Source: an uncultured Planctomycetota bacterium (GTDB lineage: Bacteria > Planctomycetota > PLA2 > JAEUHO01). From it: a stretch of DNA of 64,000 nucleotides. Shown here in pieces: positions 41,905 through 50,684 of the stretch. The DNA lies in NCBI GenBank assembly GCA_963752285.1, contig CAVVXN010000002.1:256001-320000 (forward strand), given 5' to 3'. Made by a program: the position numbers and the translations under genes. A model generated the notes under the pieces. That model saw only the letters and a program-made list of their open reading frames with translations, was not told the origin of the DNA and did not search any database. Within the stretch, counting starts at the first letter, position 1, and each line of letters begins with the position of its first letter.

Positions 41905-43376
41905 AGGGGCTCGTCCAGGTGCTCCAGAGCCTCGGCGCTCCGCGGCTCGTCGTGTTCGGGGACCTCCTCCTCGACCGCTACCTCACGGGCGTGGTGGACC
42001 GCATCAGCCCGGAGGCCCCGGTGCAGGTGCTCCGCGTCGAGAGCGAGGAGGAACGCCTCGGCGGGGCCGGTTCGGTCGCCGTGAACGTCGCGGTGCTCGG
42101 CGCGGCGACCACGCTCGTCGGCGTGCTCGGCCAAGACGAGGGCGCGAACGCGGTCGCGCGGCTGGCCACGGCCTCGGGCGTCGTGCTCGCCTCCGCAACG
42201 GACCCCACGCGCCGCACGAGCGTCAAGACGCGACACGTCGCGCGTTCCCACACGAGCGCGCAGCAGGTGCTGCGCGTGGACCAGGAGACGCCCGAGCCGC
42301 TCGCCCGGGACGTCGAGGACGCGCTCCTCGCGCGTCTCGAGGCGGCGCTCGGCGACGCGGACGCGGTGCTCGTGAGCGACTACGGCAAGGGCGTGTGCAC
42401 GCCCCGCCTGCTCCGGCGCGTGATCGACACCGCGCGGGGGCGCGGGCTCCCGGTCGTCGTGGACCCGAAGGGCGACGACTTCACCCGCTATCGCGGCGCG
42501 ACCTGTCTCACGCCGAACCGGCCCGAGACCGCGCGCGCGTGCGGCATCGCGATCGGCGACGGCGACGACGAGTCCGCGGAACGCGCCGCGACGTGGCTCG
42601 TCGAGCGGCTCGGCCTCGACTTCGCGCTCGTGACCCTCGATCGAGAGGGCGTGTACCTCAAGGTCGGCGCGGCGCCGGGTCTCCGGCTCCGCACGACCCC
42701 GCGCGAGGTCTTCGACGTCACCGGCGCGGGCGACATGGTGCTCTCGACGCTCGCCGTCGCCCTGGCGTCGGGCGCCCGGCCCGAGGAGGCCGCGGCGCTC
42801 GCGAACGTCGCCGCGGGCCTCGAGGTCGAGCACATCGGCGTGGTCCCCGTGACGCGCGACGAGATCGCGGCGCGCCTCGCGATCGGCGTCGAGGCGGTCG
42901 CCTCGAAGCTCGTGACGAAGGAGGAGATCCGCCCGATGGTCGCGCGGTGGCGCGCGTCGGGACGTCGCATCGTCTTCACGAACGGCTGCTTCGACGTGCT
43001 CCACGCGGGCCACGTGCGTTTCCTCCAGGCCGCGCGCGCCGAGGGGGACGTGCTCGTCCTGGGCCTCAACTCCGACGCGAGCATCACGCGCATCAAGGGC
43101 GCCGGCCGGCCGGTGAACCCCGTGGACGACCGCGTGGCGGTCCTGGCCGCGCTCTCGGCGGTGGACCGCGTGGTGGTCTTCGAGGAGGACGAGCCGCTCG
43201 ACCTGATCCACGCCGTCGAACCCGACGTCCTCGTGAAGGGCGAGGACTGGAAGGACAAGGGCGTGGTCGGACGCGAGCTCGTCGAGGCGCGCGGTGGGCG
43301 CGTGGTGCTGCTCCCTCTCCTCCCGGGCCGCAGCACGACGGCGGTGCTCGATCGCGCGCGCCGCGCGGCGCGCTGA
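41901..43376 (+). CDS. hldE: Bifunctional heptose-7-phosphate kinase / heptose-1-phosphate adenylyltransferase
   Basis: GDLLLDRY, RISPEAPV, SDYGKG, TPNRPE and DVTGAGD; C-terminal FTNGCFDVLHAGH, GLNSD and VKGEDW. Confidence 0.95.
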   Translation: MKGLVQVLQSLGAPRLVVFGDLLLDRYLTGVVDRISPEAPVQVLRVESEEERLGGAGSVAVNVAVLGAATTLVGVLGQDEGANAVARLATASGVVLASATDPTRRTSVKTRHVARSHTSAQQVLRVDQETPEPLARDVEDALLARLEAALGDADAVLVSDYGKGVCTPRLLRRVIDTARGRGLPVVVDPKGDDFTRYRGATCLTPNRPETARACGIAIGDGDDESAERAATWLVERLGLDFALVTLDREGVYLKVGAAPGLRLRTTPREVFDVTGAGDMVLSTLAVALASGARPEEAAALANVAAGLEVEHIGVVPVTRDEIAARLAIGVEAVASKLVTKEEIRPMVARWRASGRRIVFTNGCFDVLHAGHVRFLQAARAEGDVLVLGLNSDASITRIKGAGRPVNPVDDRVAVLAALSAVDRVVVFEEDEPLDLIHAVEPDVLVKGEDWKDKGVVGRELVEARGGRVVLLPLLPGRSTTAVLDRARRAAR

Positions 43377-43409
43377 GCGGCGCCCGGCGTCCGGTCCCCC
43401 ACGGGCGCT

Positions 43410-44678
43410 TCAGAGGCGCCGGCTGCGGAAGGTGCCGCGCGTCTCGAGGCGGCGGACCCAGCGGGTGATGCGGCGGATCCAGGGGCGCGCGCCTTCCAGG
43501 CGTCCGCCGAGGTACGCGCGGAGGAGCGCGAGGCGGAAACGGTCGGAGGCGACCGGGCGGAGCGAGATCGCCAGCGCCGCGAGCCCCCGCGCCGCGCGGC
43601 GCATCGGGAACCGGCGCCGTCCCCGTTCGAGCCGGCCGAGGTCCAGGAACGTGATCGAGCGCCGGCCTCCCGCCGCGGAGCCCTCGACGAGGAGGTGCCA
43701 GGCCTGGAGGTCGGGCGGGAAGAGGCGCGCCGTGTGGAGCGCGCGGATCGCGAGGCCGACGCCGCGCGCCGCGCGGGCGAGGTCGCGCGGGCCCGCGGTG
43801 TCGCGCGCGAGCGCGAGCGCCTGGTCGAGGGGGAGGCCCGGGGCCTCGCGTGTCACGAGCACGCCCGCCGGGACCCCGCCCACCTGGCCCTCGAGCGCGA
43901 GCCACGGCTCGGCCGTCCGGAAGCCCGCCGCGCGGAGCGTGACCATGTTCGCGTGCTCGACCAGCGGGCTCCGACCGCGCTCGAGCGGTCGGATCGCCTT
44001 CACGTAGAGCGGGTACCCGCCGATCTCGACGCGCCGGACGGTCCGCGCGCGGCGCTCGTGCACGAGCGCGCCCTCGGTCGTCGTGACGAGGCGCTCGAGG
44101 TCGAGCCAGCCCTCTCGGTCGAGCGTGCGGCGCGCGGCGCGGAGCGCCACGCCCCGCGCGCCCCGGACCTCGACGCGGATCAGGTCGTCGATCGCGTCGC
44201 GCGTGGCCGCGGCGCGCGCGAGGAGCCCGGTGGACGAGTGGACCTTCGCGTCGCCCACGATCGCGACCTCGACCCCGAGCGCTTCGCTCGTCGCCCGCTC
44301 GGGGATCGTGTCGGGAGTGTAGTCGCGCCCCTTCGCGTGCACGTCCGGCTCGAGGCGGCACAGGAGCGTGTCCACGGTGGGCTCGCCGAAGATCGTGACG
44401 TAGTCCACGCAGTGGAGCGCCGCGACCAGCTCGGCGCGCTCCCCGGCGGGGACGACGGGGCGACCCGGGCCCTTCGACGCGCGCACGGTGGCGTCGTCGT
44501 TCACCGCCACCACGAGCACGCCCCCGAGGGTCGCCGCCTCCTCGAGCGCCCGGACGTGTCCGACGTGGAGCAGGTCGAAACCGCCGTTCGAGAGGACGAT
44601 GCGCCGGCCCGCGCGCTTGTGCGACGCCACGATGGACGCGAGCTCGTCGATCGGCAGGATCTTCTCGCGGGCGCCCAT
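43410..44678 (-). CDS. Fusion of a HldE-II-type nucleotidyltransferase and a WaaP-like kinase domain
   Basis: N-terminal half: NGGFDLLHVGH, AVNDD, KGPGRP, KGRDY, HSST. C-terminal half: LYVK, LHTARLFPPDLQAWHLL, FLDLGR. Confidence 0.8.
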   Translation of the reverse strand: MGAREKILPIDELASIVASHKRAGRRIVLSNGGFDLLHVGHVRALEEAATLGGVLVVAVNDDATVRASKGPGRPVVPAGERAELVAALHCVDYVTIFGEPTVDTLLCRLEPDVHAKGRDYTPDTIPERATSEALGVEVAIVGDAKVHSSTGLLARAAATRDAIDDLIRVEVRGARGVALRAARRTLDREGWLDLERLVTTTEGALVHERRARTVRRVEIGGYPLYVKAIRPLERGRSPLVEHANMVTLRAAGFRTAEPWLALEGQVGGVPAGVLVTREAPGLPLDQALALARDTAGPRDLARAARGVGLAIRALHTARLFPPDLQAWHLLVEGSAAGGRRSITFLDLGRLERGRRRFPMRRAARGLAALAISLRPVASDRFRLALLRAYLGGRLEGARPWIRRITRWVRRLETRGTFRSRRL

Positions 44679-44725
44679 CGTCCCCACGATAGCGGAAGGC
44701 CGGTCCCGCTCCCGGCCCCGTCGTC

Positions 44726-45313
44726 TCAGGACGACGAGAGGCCCTCCCGTCGGAGGATCCAGAGTGCCGCCTCGCCCATGTCGCGCGCGACGAAGTCGGG
44801 GTCGTACGGACCGCCGACGGGCAGCGGCCACTTGTCGCGTCCCCCGGCCAGGAGGACCGCGGTCGTCCCGGCGCGCTTCCCCGCCACCACGTCGCGCTCG
44901 CCGTCGCCGATCGAGTAGGACCGGGCGAGGTCGATTCCGAGGTCTCGGGCCGCGCGGAGCCACATGCCGGGGTTCGGCTTCCGGTCCTCGTGGTCCCGCG
45001 CGTACGCGGGCACGACGCCGTCCGGGTGGTACGGCGCGTAGTACTGCGCGTCGAGCTCGAGACCGGCGGCGGCGAGGTTCTCCCGGAGCCGCGCGGCCAC
45101 CTCCTCGTAGCGTTCGACGGTGTAGCGTCCCCGCGCGATCCCCGACTGGTTCGTCACGACGACCAGGAGGAACCCCGCGCGCCGGAGCCGCCCCAGCGCC
45201 TCGGCGACGCCCGCCAGGAGCCGCACGCCGTCGGGGTCGGCGAGGTAGCCCGGGTCGTGGATCAGGGTCCCGTCACGGTCCAGGAAGACCGCGCGGCTCG
45301 TGGGCTCCGCCAT
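44726..45313 (-). CDS. gmhB: D,D-heptose 1,7-bisphosphate phosphatase
   Basis: FLDRDGTL, VTNQSGIARG, RKPNPGM and IGDGERD. Confidence 0.92.
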   Translation of the reverse strand: MAEPTSRAVFLDRDGTLIHDPGYLADPDGVRLLAGVAEALGRLRRAGFLLVVVTNQSGIARGRYTVERYEEVAARLRENLAAAGLELDAQYYAPYHPDGVVPAYARDHEDRKPNPGMWLRAARDLGIDLARSYSIGDGERDVVAGKRAGTTAVLLAGGRDKWPLPVGGPYDPDFVARDMGEAALWILRREGLSSS

Positions 45314-45365
45314 GGGCGGAGCAGGATACCGGGGGACGTCGAGGACGACCCGCCCGGTCGTCCCG

Positions 45366-46166
45366 GTGTACACCTCGCCCCGAATCCCGCCGGAGCTCCC
45401 ACCCGTGGACGGCGCCCTCGATATCCCGCCGCGCTACCGAGGCGCCCTCCGCGCGGCCGGCCTCGAGACGATCTCCGACGTCCTCGGGCGCGCGACGCTC
45501 GTGCGCGACCTCCCGGATCGCCAGAACCTCCGTCTCGAGGCGGGGGGGATCGTCGTCCACGTGAAACGGAGGAAGGCGCCCGCGCGCGGCGGCTCGGAGG
45601 CCGAGGGCCTCGCCCTCGCACGGGCCGCCGGCGTGCCGACGCCCGAGCTCGCCTTCTCGGGCCGGGACCGGGTCCTCGGTCAGGTGTCGGGGACCGTGGA
45701 CCTCGCGCCGGCCGTCCCGCTCGACGCCGCGCTGCGCCGCGGCATGGACCGCGCGGCGCGCGGGTCGGCGGTCCGCGCGCTCGCGCGGCATGTCGCCCGG
45801 CTCCACGACGCGTGCCTCCACCACAAGGACCTCTACCTGAACCACGTGTACGTCGATCCGTCCCACGGCGACGACCCGGTGCGGGGGATCGTCGACTGGG
45901 AACGCCTCGGGCGCCACCGGCGCGCGCTCTCGCGCTGGGTGGTGAAGGACCTCGCGGCGCTCTACGCCTCGATCCCGGCGGGCGCGGTGGACGCCGGTCT
46001 CCCGCGCCGCTTCCTCCTCGGCTACCTCCGTGCGCGGGGACTCGACGCGCGTCGGCTCGGCGCGCGGCTCCACCGCCGGGTGGCGGCGCGGGCGGCGCGG
46101 ATGCGCCGGCACGTGCCGCGGACGCCGGTGGGCGACGCCGCGCGCCCCGGCGAGACGGCGCCGTGA
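45366..46166 (+). CDS. LPS core heptose kinase (WaaP/RfaP family)
   Basis: VHVK, LHDACLHHKDLYLNHVY, IVDWERL and RWVVKDLAALY. The start is uncertain. Confidence 0.82.
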   Translation: MYTSPRIPPELPPVDGALDIPPRYRGALRAAGLETISDVLGRATLVRDLPDRQNLRLEAGGIVVHVKRRKAPARGGSEAEGLALARAAGVPTPELAFSGRDRVLGQVSGTVDLAPAVPLDAALRRGMDRAARGSAVRALARHVARLHDACLHHKDLYLNHVYVDPSHGDDPVRGIVDWERLGRHRRALSRWVVKDLAALYASIPAGAVDAGLPRRFLLGYLRARGLDARRLGARLHRRVAARAARMRRHVPRTPVGDAARPGETAP

Positions 46167-47329
46167 GGCTCGGGGTCCTCCTCGACCGCTACGACCCCTC
46201 GCGCGGCGGCGCCGAGGCGCACACCGCGCTTCTCCTCGAGCGCGCGCTCGAAGGAGGCGACGAGGTGGTCCTTGCCACGCTCCAGGGCCAGGGACCCCGG
46301 GGCGCCGAGACGATCCACGTTCGCGCGCCGCGTCGCCGGCCGGCGCGGGACCGCGCGTTCGCCGACCGCGGCGCCGACGAGCTTCGCGCCGCGGGGGCGG
46401 ACGTCGTGCTCGCGTTCCGTCACGCGCCGCGTGCCGAGGTGTTCCTCCCGCACGGCGGGCTCGTCCTCGACGCGATCCGCGCCCGTGACCGCGCGCGGGG
46501 GCGGAGCGAGGGGTTCGGCCGGGCGCTCGCGCGGCTCCTCTCCCCGAAGGTCCGGTTCTTCCTCGAGGCCGAGCGCGCCGTCCTCGGAGGCGAGGAGGGC
46601 CCCGACGTGGTGGCCGTGTCCCAGGCCCTGGCGGCCCGGATCCGCGCGGTCTACCCGGCCTCGCGCGACCGCGTCGTGGTCGTCGGGAACGGCGTCGATC
46701 GCGACCGCTTCGACCCGGCGCCCTTCCGGGCCGCCGGGGAGGCGCTCCGGAGGGAGGCCGGCCTCTCGGACGCGTACGTGGGGCTCCTCCTCGCCAGGAA
46801 CCCGCTGCTCAAGGGGCTCGAGACGGCGCTCCTCGCGATGGGCCGGCGCGAGGCGCTCGGCCTCGACCCGCCCTTCCACCTGGTCGTCGCCGGCGGGCCC
46901 CTCCCGCGACGGAGCCTCCGCCTCGCGCGGCGCCTCGGGGTCGAGACGCGTCTCCACCCGCGTCCCTGGGCGACCGACGTCCGGCCCCTCCTCGCCGCGG
47001 CGGACGTGCTCGTCCACCCGACCTTCCACGACCCGTGCTCCCTCGTGTGCCTGGAAGCCCTCGCGATGGGCGTCCCGGTCGTCACGACGTCCGAGAACGG
47101 CGTTGGCGAGGCGATGGGCATGCGCGGCGGGATCGTGGTGGAGGAGGCCGGGAACCCCGAGGCCCTCGCCATCGCCCTCGCCGTCCTCGGCGACCCGGCG
47201 CTCCGCGCGGTCACGGGCGACGACGCGCGGGAGCTCACGCGGCGACACCGGCAGCGGGACCGGCTCGACCAGGTGCTCGCGATCTGCCGCGCTCGGGCGG
47301 CCCGGCGCGGGAGTCGGGGCGGCCGGTAG
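46163..47329 (+). CDS. Glycosyltransferase family 4 (WaaG-like)
   Basis: GGAE, NGVDRDRF, NPLLKGL and ADVLVHPTFHDPCSLVCLEALAMGVPVVTT. Confidence 0.88.
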   Translation: MRLGVLLDRYDPSRGGAEAHTALLLERALEGGDEVVLATLQGQGPRGAETIHVRAPRRRPARDRAFADRGADELRAAGADVVLAFRHAPRAEVFLPHGGLVLDAIRARDRARGRSEGFGRALARLLSPKVRFFLEAERAVLGGEEGPDVVAVSQALAARIRAVYPASRDRVVVVGNGVDRDRFDPAPFRAAGEALRREAGLSDAYVGLLLARNPLLKGLETALLAMGRREALGLDPPFHLVVAGGPLPRRSLRLARRLGVETRLHPRPWATDVRPLLAAADVLVHPTFHDPCSLVCLEALAMGVPVVTTSENGVGEAMGMRGGIVVEEAGNPEALAIALAVLGDPALRAVTGDDARELTRRHRQRDRLDQVLAICRARAARRGSRGGR

Positions 47330-47338
47330 GCTTTCCCC

Positions 47339-48358
47339 GTGACGCGTCCGCGCCTCCTCGTGGTCTTGAGCTCGGACCCGCGCGGACCGGTGGTCCGTCA
47401 CCGCTGGCGGGCGTACGCCGACGCGCTCCAGGCGGCGGGTGTCGTGCTCGAGGTGACGTCGTGGCCGAAGGACCGCCTCGGGCGCCGAGCTGCGCTCCAC
47501 CGCGCGGAGATCGCGGACGGGGTCGTCGTGTCGAGCCGCCTCCTCACCCGACCCGACGTCCGGCGGCTCCGGCGCCGCGCCCACCGTCTCGCCTTCGACT
47601 TCGACGACGCCCTTCCGTTCCGGGACAGCGCGCGCGGCGCCGAGGCCTCCCCGACGCGCCGGCGCCGGTTCCGCGCGATCGTCGAGGCGTCGGACGCCGT
47701 GTTCGCGGGCAACGCGTACCTCGCGGCGCTCGCTCGGGAGGCCGGCGCCGACCCCGTCGTGCTCCCGACCACCGTGGACGTGCCCGACGCGCCGGCCGGA
47801 CCGCCGCCCGAGCCGCCGGCGCGGCCCGCGGTGGTCGGGTGGATCGGCAGCCGGAGCACGCTGCCGTACCTCGAGGCGGAGTGGGTCACGCTCTCGGCGG
47901 TCGTCGCGTCGGGCAAGGCGCTCCGTCTGCGCGTGATCGCGGACCGGGCGCCGTCGCTCCCGCCCGGCATCGCCGTCGAGCACGTCCCGTGGACCGAAGA
48001 AGGCTGGCGCGCGGCGCTCGAGCGAACGCACCTCGGTTTCGCGCCGCTGCCCGACGACGCGTGGACGCGCGGGAAGTGCGGCCTGAAGGTGTTGCTCTCG
48101 ATGAGCGTCGGCCGCCCCGTCGTGGCGAGCGCCGTCGGCGTGCAGGCCGAGCAGGTACGACACGGCGAGACGGGCTGGCTCGCAGGGTCGCGGGAGGAGC
48201 TGCTGTCGGGCCTGCTCCTGCTGCTCGACGACCCCGAGGCGCGCCGGCGCATGGGCGCGGCGGCCCTCGAGGACGTGCGCGCGCGGTGGTCGGTTTGCGC
48301 GTGGGCGCCGCGCGTGGTGGACGCGGTCTCGGCGTGGATCGGGGAGGGCATCCGCTGA
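47339..48358 (+). CDS. Glycosyltransferase family 4
   Basis: FDFDDA, AGNAYLA, GWIGS, WTRGKCGLK and PVVASAVG. Confidence 0.85.
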   Translation: MTRPRLLVVLSSDPRGPVVRHRWRAYADALQAAGVVLEVTSWPKDRLGRRAALHRAEIADGVVVSSRLLTRPDVRRLRRRAHRLAFDFDDALPFRDSARGAEASPTRRRRFRAIVEASDAVFAGNAYLAALAREAGADPVVLPTTVDVPDAPAGPPPEPPARPAVVGWIGSRSTLPYLEAEWVTLSAVVASGKALRLRVIADRAPSLPPGIAVEHVPWTEEGWRAALERTHLGFAPLPDDAWTRGKCGLKVLLSMSVGRPVVASAVGVQAEQVRHGETGWLAGSREELLSGLLLLLDDPEARRRMGAAALEDVRARWSVCAWAPRVVDAVSAWIGEGIR

Positions 48359-49413
48359 CGCTCGTCCTTCCGCCGGCCGGCCGTCTCCTCGTCCGCCTGC
48401 CGAACCCGCTCGGCGACGCCGTGCTCGCCACGCCCGCGCTCCGTGCGCTCCGCGCGGCGCTGCCGGGCCGTCACATCACGTGGGCGGGCGGACGCGCGGT
48501 CCTCGAGGCGCTCGAGGGTCTCCCCGACCGGGACGCGGTGATGCCCGTCGTCGGGCCGTTCGCGAAGGGCCTGCTCGCGCCCTTCTGCGCGGGCCGCATG
48601 TGGAGGGGGACGCGGCCCGACGCGGTGCTCCTGCTGCCCCATGCGCCCTCCGCCGCGATCGCGGCGTGGCGGAGCGGCGCGTCGGTCCGGGTCGGGAGCG
48701 GGCGGGGGCTCGCGCGCCCCTTCGTGACCGAGCGGGTCGCGCTTCCGCTCGAGGGGAGGCGACCTCGGCCCAGGTCCATGACCGCGACGTACCTCGACCT
48801 CGCGCGCCCGTTCGGCGCCGTCCCCGACGGGCGTCCGCCGGCGCTCGTCCCGACGGAGCACGACCGGTGGCGCGCCGCGCGGCGGCTCGCCGACGTGCCC
48901 CGGGGCGCGCGCATCCTGGCCGTGAGCCCCGGCGCGTCGTTCGCGCCGACGAAGCGCATGGCGCCCGAGCGCCTCGGCGGGGTCGTCGCCCGCGTCCGCG
49001 AGCGGACGGGGCTCCTGCCGCTCGTCCTCGCGGGTCCCGGCGAGGGACCGCTCGCGGACGCCATCGCCCGCGCGGCGGGCCCCCCGGTCGTCTCGACGGC
49101 GGGCGCGCCGCCCGACGTGGGGGAGCTGAAGGGGCTCCTCCTCCGTTCGGCCGTGTGCCTCGCGTCGGACGCGGGGCCGCGGCACGTCGCCGAGGCGCTC
49201 GGCGTCCCGACCGTCGTCTACCTGGGTCCGACCGATCCCCGCTGGACCGAGGGGTCGCGCGCGACGGTGGTCCGGAACGAGTCGCTGTCGTGCCTCGGCT
49301 GTCACCTCCGTCGTTGCCCGATCGGCCACCCCTGCCTCGACGACCTCGACCCGGAGACGCTGGTGGAGGCGGTCGTCCGGGCTCTCGCGCCGCCGGGCCC
49401 GGGCGAGGGATAG
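48355..49413 (+). CDS. ADP-heptose:LPS heptosyltransferase (GT9, WaaF-like)
   Basis: RLPNPLGDAVLATPAL, PGASFAPTKR, DAGPRHVA, GPTDP and CxxC..CP.GH.C. Start is CTG 48355 or GTG 48334. Confidence 0.88.
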   Translation: MTLVLPPAGRLLVRLPNPLGDAVLATPALRALRAALPGRHITWAGGRAVLEALEGLPDRDAVMPVVGPFAKGLLAPFCAGRMWRGTRPDAVLLLPHAPSAAIAAWRSGASVRVGSGRGLARPFVTERVALPLEGRRPRPRSMTATYLDLARPFGAVPDGRPPALVPTEHDRWRAARRLADVPRGARILAVSPGASFAPTKRMAPERLGGVVARVRERTGLLPLVLAGPGEGPLADAIARAAGPPVVSTAGAPPDVGELKGLLLRSAVCLASDAGPRHVAEALGVPTVVYLGPTDPRWTEGSRATVVRNESLSCLGCHLRRCPIGHPCLDDLDPETLVEAVVRALAPPGPGEG

Positions 49414-49425
49414 ACTCGCCCCTCC

Positions 49426-50526
49426 ATGGCCGCGGCCCCCTCGTCCCCGACCTCGCCCCCGATCTCGCCCGCCGAGACGGCGCGACTCGTGCGCGGGCTC
49501 GCCGACCGGCTCCGGGCGGGCGTCGCCCGGCGGATCGTCGGTCTGGACGCCGTCGTCGAGCAGGTGCTCGTCGCGGTCCTGACGCGCGGGCACGTGCTGC
49601 TCGAGGGCGTTCCGGGCCTCGCGAAGACGCTCCTCCTCTCCACCATCGCCGACCTGCTCGACCTCTCGTTCTCCCGGATCCAGTTCACGCCCGACCTGAT
49701 GCCGTCGGACGTGACCGGTTCCGAGTACCTGATCCAGGACGGCGCCGGCGGAGACCGCGCGTTCCAGTTCGCCCCCGGCCCGATCTTCGCGCACGTGGTC
49801 CTCGCCGACGAGATCAACCGCGCGCCGCCCAAGACCCAGGCCGCGCTGATGGAGGCGATGGAGGAGGGCCAGGTCACGAGCCTCGGCGTCTCGCGGGCCC
49901 TCGAGCCGCCGTTCTTCGTGCTCGCGACCGAGAACCCGATCGAGCAGGAGGGGACGTACCCGCTCCCCGCCGCGCAACTCGACCGATTCCTCTTCAAGGT
50001 CGAGCTCGACTATCCGAGCGCGGCCGAGGAGGAGCGCATCGCACGTCTCACGGTGCGGGGGCGGGACGAGCCGCTCGAGCCGGTCGCGTCGCAGGAGGAG
50101 CTCCTCCGCGTGCAGGCCGCGATCCTCGCGACGCCCGTCCCGGACGGGATCGTCCGGTACGCGGCCTCGATCGCGCAGGCGAGCCGGCCGGGCCGGGCCA
50201 CGACGCCGGAGCGCATCGACGAGTACGTGGAGTGGGGCGCCGGACCGCGCGCCGCGCAGTCGCTCGTGACGGCCGCCCGCGCGCGCGCGCTCCTCCGTGG
50301 GCGCGTCGCGCCGAGCGCCGAGGACGTCGCCGCGATGCTGCCGCCCGTCCTCCGCCACCGGCTGATCCTCTCGTACGCGGCCGAGGCCGACGGCGTGACC
50401 GCGGCCGACGTGGGCCGCGTGCTGCTCGAGCACGTGCCGCCCCCGGGTGGCCGCGCGGAGGTCGAGAGCCGCCCGATCTGGCGCCGGCTCGTGGACTCCC
50501 TCCGCGGGCTCTCGCGCTCCGCCTGA
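49426..50526 (+). CDS. MoxR-family AAA+ ATPase
   Basis: HVLLEGVPGLAKT, RIQFTPDLMPSD, LADEINRAPPKTQAAL, ATENPIEQEGTYPLP and QLDRF. Confidence 0.95.
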   Translation: MAAAPSSPTSPPISPAETARLVRGLADRLRAGVARRIVGLDAVVEQVLVAVLTRGHVLLEGVPGLAKTLLLSTIADLLDLSFSRIQFTPDLMPSDVTGSEYLIQDGAGGDRAFQFAPGPIFAHVVLADEINRAPPKTQAALMEAMEEGQVTSLGVSRALEPPFFVLATENPIEQEGTYPLPAAQLDRFLFKVELDYPSAAEEERIARLTVRGRDEPLEPVASQEELLRVQAAILATPVPDGIVRYAASIAQASRPGRATTPERIDEYVEWGAGPRAAQSLVTAARARALLRGRVAPSAEDVAAMLPPVLRHRLILSYAAEADGVTAADVGRVLLEHVPPPGGRAEVESRPIWRRLVDSLRGLSRSA

Positions 50527-50528
50527 GC

Positions 50529-50543
50529 CCGAGGAAACCTCGG
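50529..50543 (+). other. Short stem-loop just after the moxR stop
   Basis: CCGAGG-AAA-CCTCGG with no U-tract. Confidence 0.4.
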
Positions 50544-50588
50544 CGGGCGCGACGGGTCCAATGGGCGCGCGCTCCGCGTGCCCTCCCG

Positions 50589-50607
50589 TTGCAGAGGTTT
50601 TGCAGAG
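50589..50607. promoter_or_regulatory. Direct repeat TTGCAGAG x2 with an 11-bp period (candidate regulator site)
   Basis: TTGCAGAG-GTT-TTGCAGAG upstream of the giant-protein genes. Confidence 0.5.
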
Positions 50608-50684
50608 CGGGACGACGCACGCATCTACGCTCGCGCTCTTGGGCGGGGCCCGCTCCGAGGGGCCTCGTCACGTGGAGGCCCGTC

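Noticed and set aside
48480..50684. ORF-track N-terminal extensions giving 1864-aa and 3690-aa proteins (similar extensions affect many other genes)
   Set aside because: The extensions overlap genuine upstream genes in another frame. Signal peptides, SD or -10 motifs and stop/start overlaps place the true starts at 50685 and 54071.
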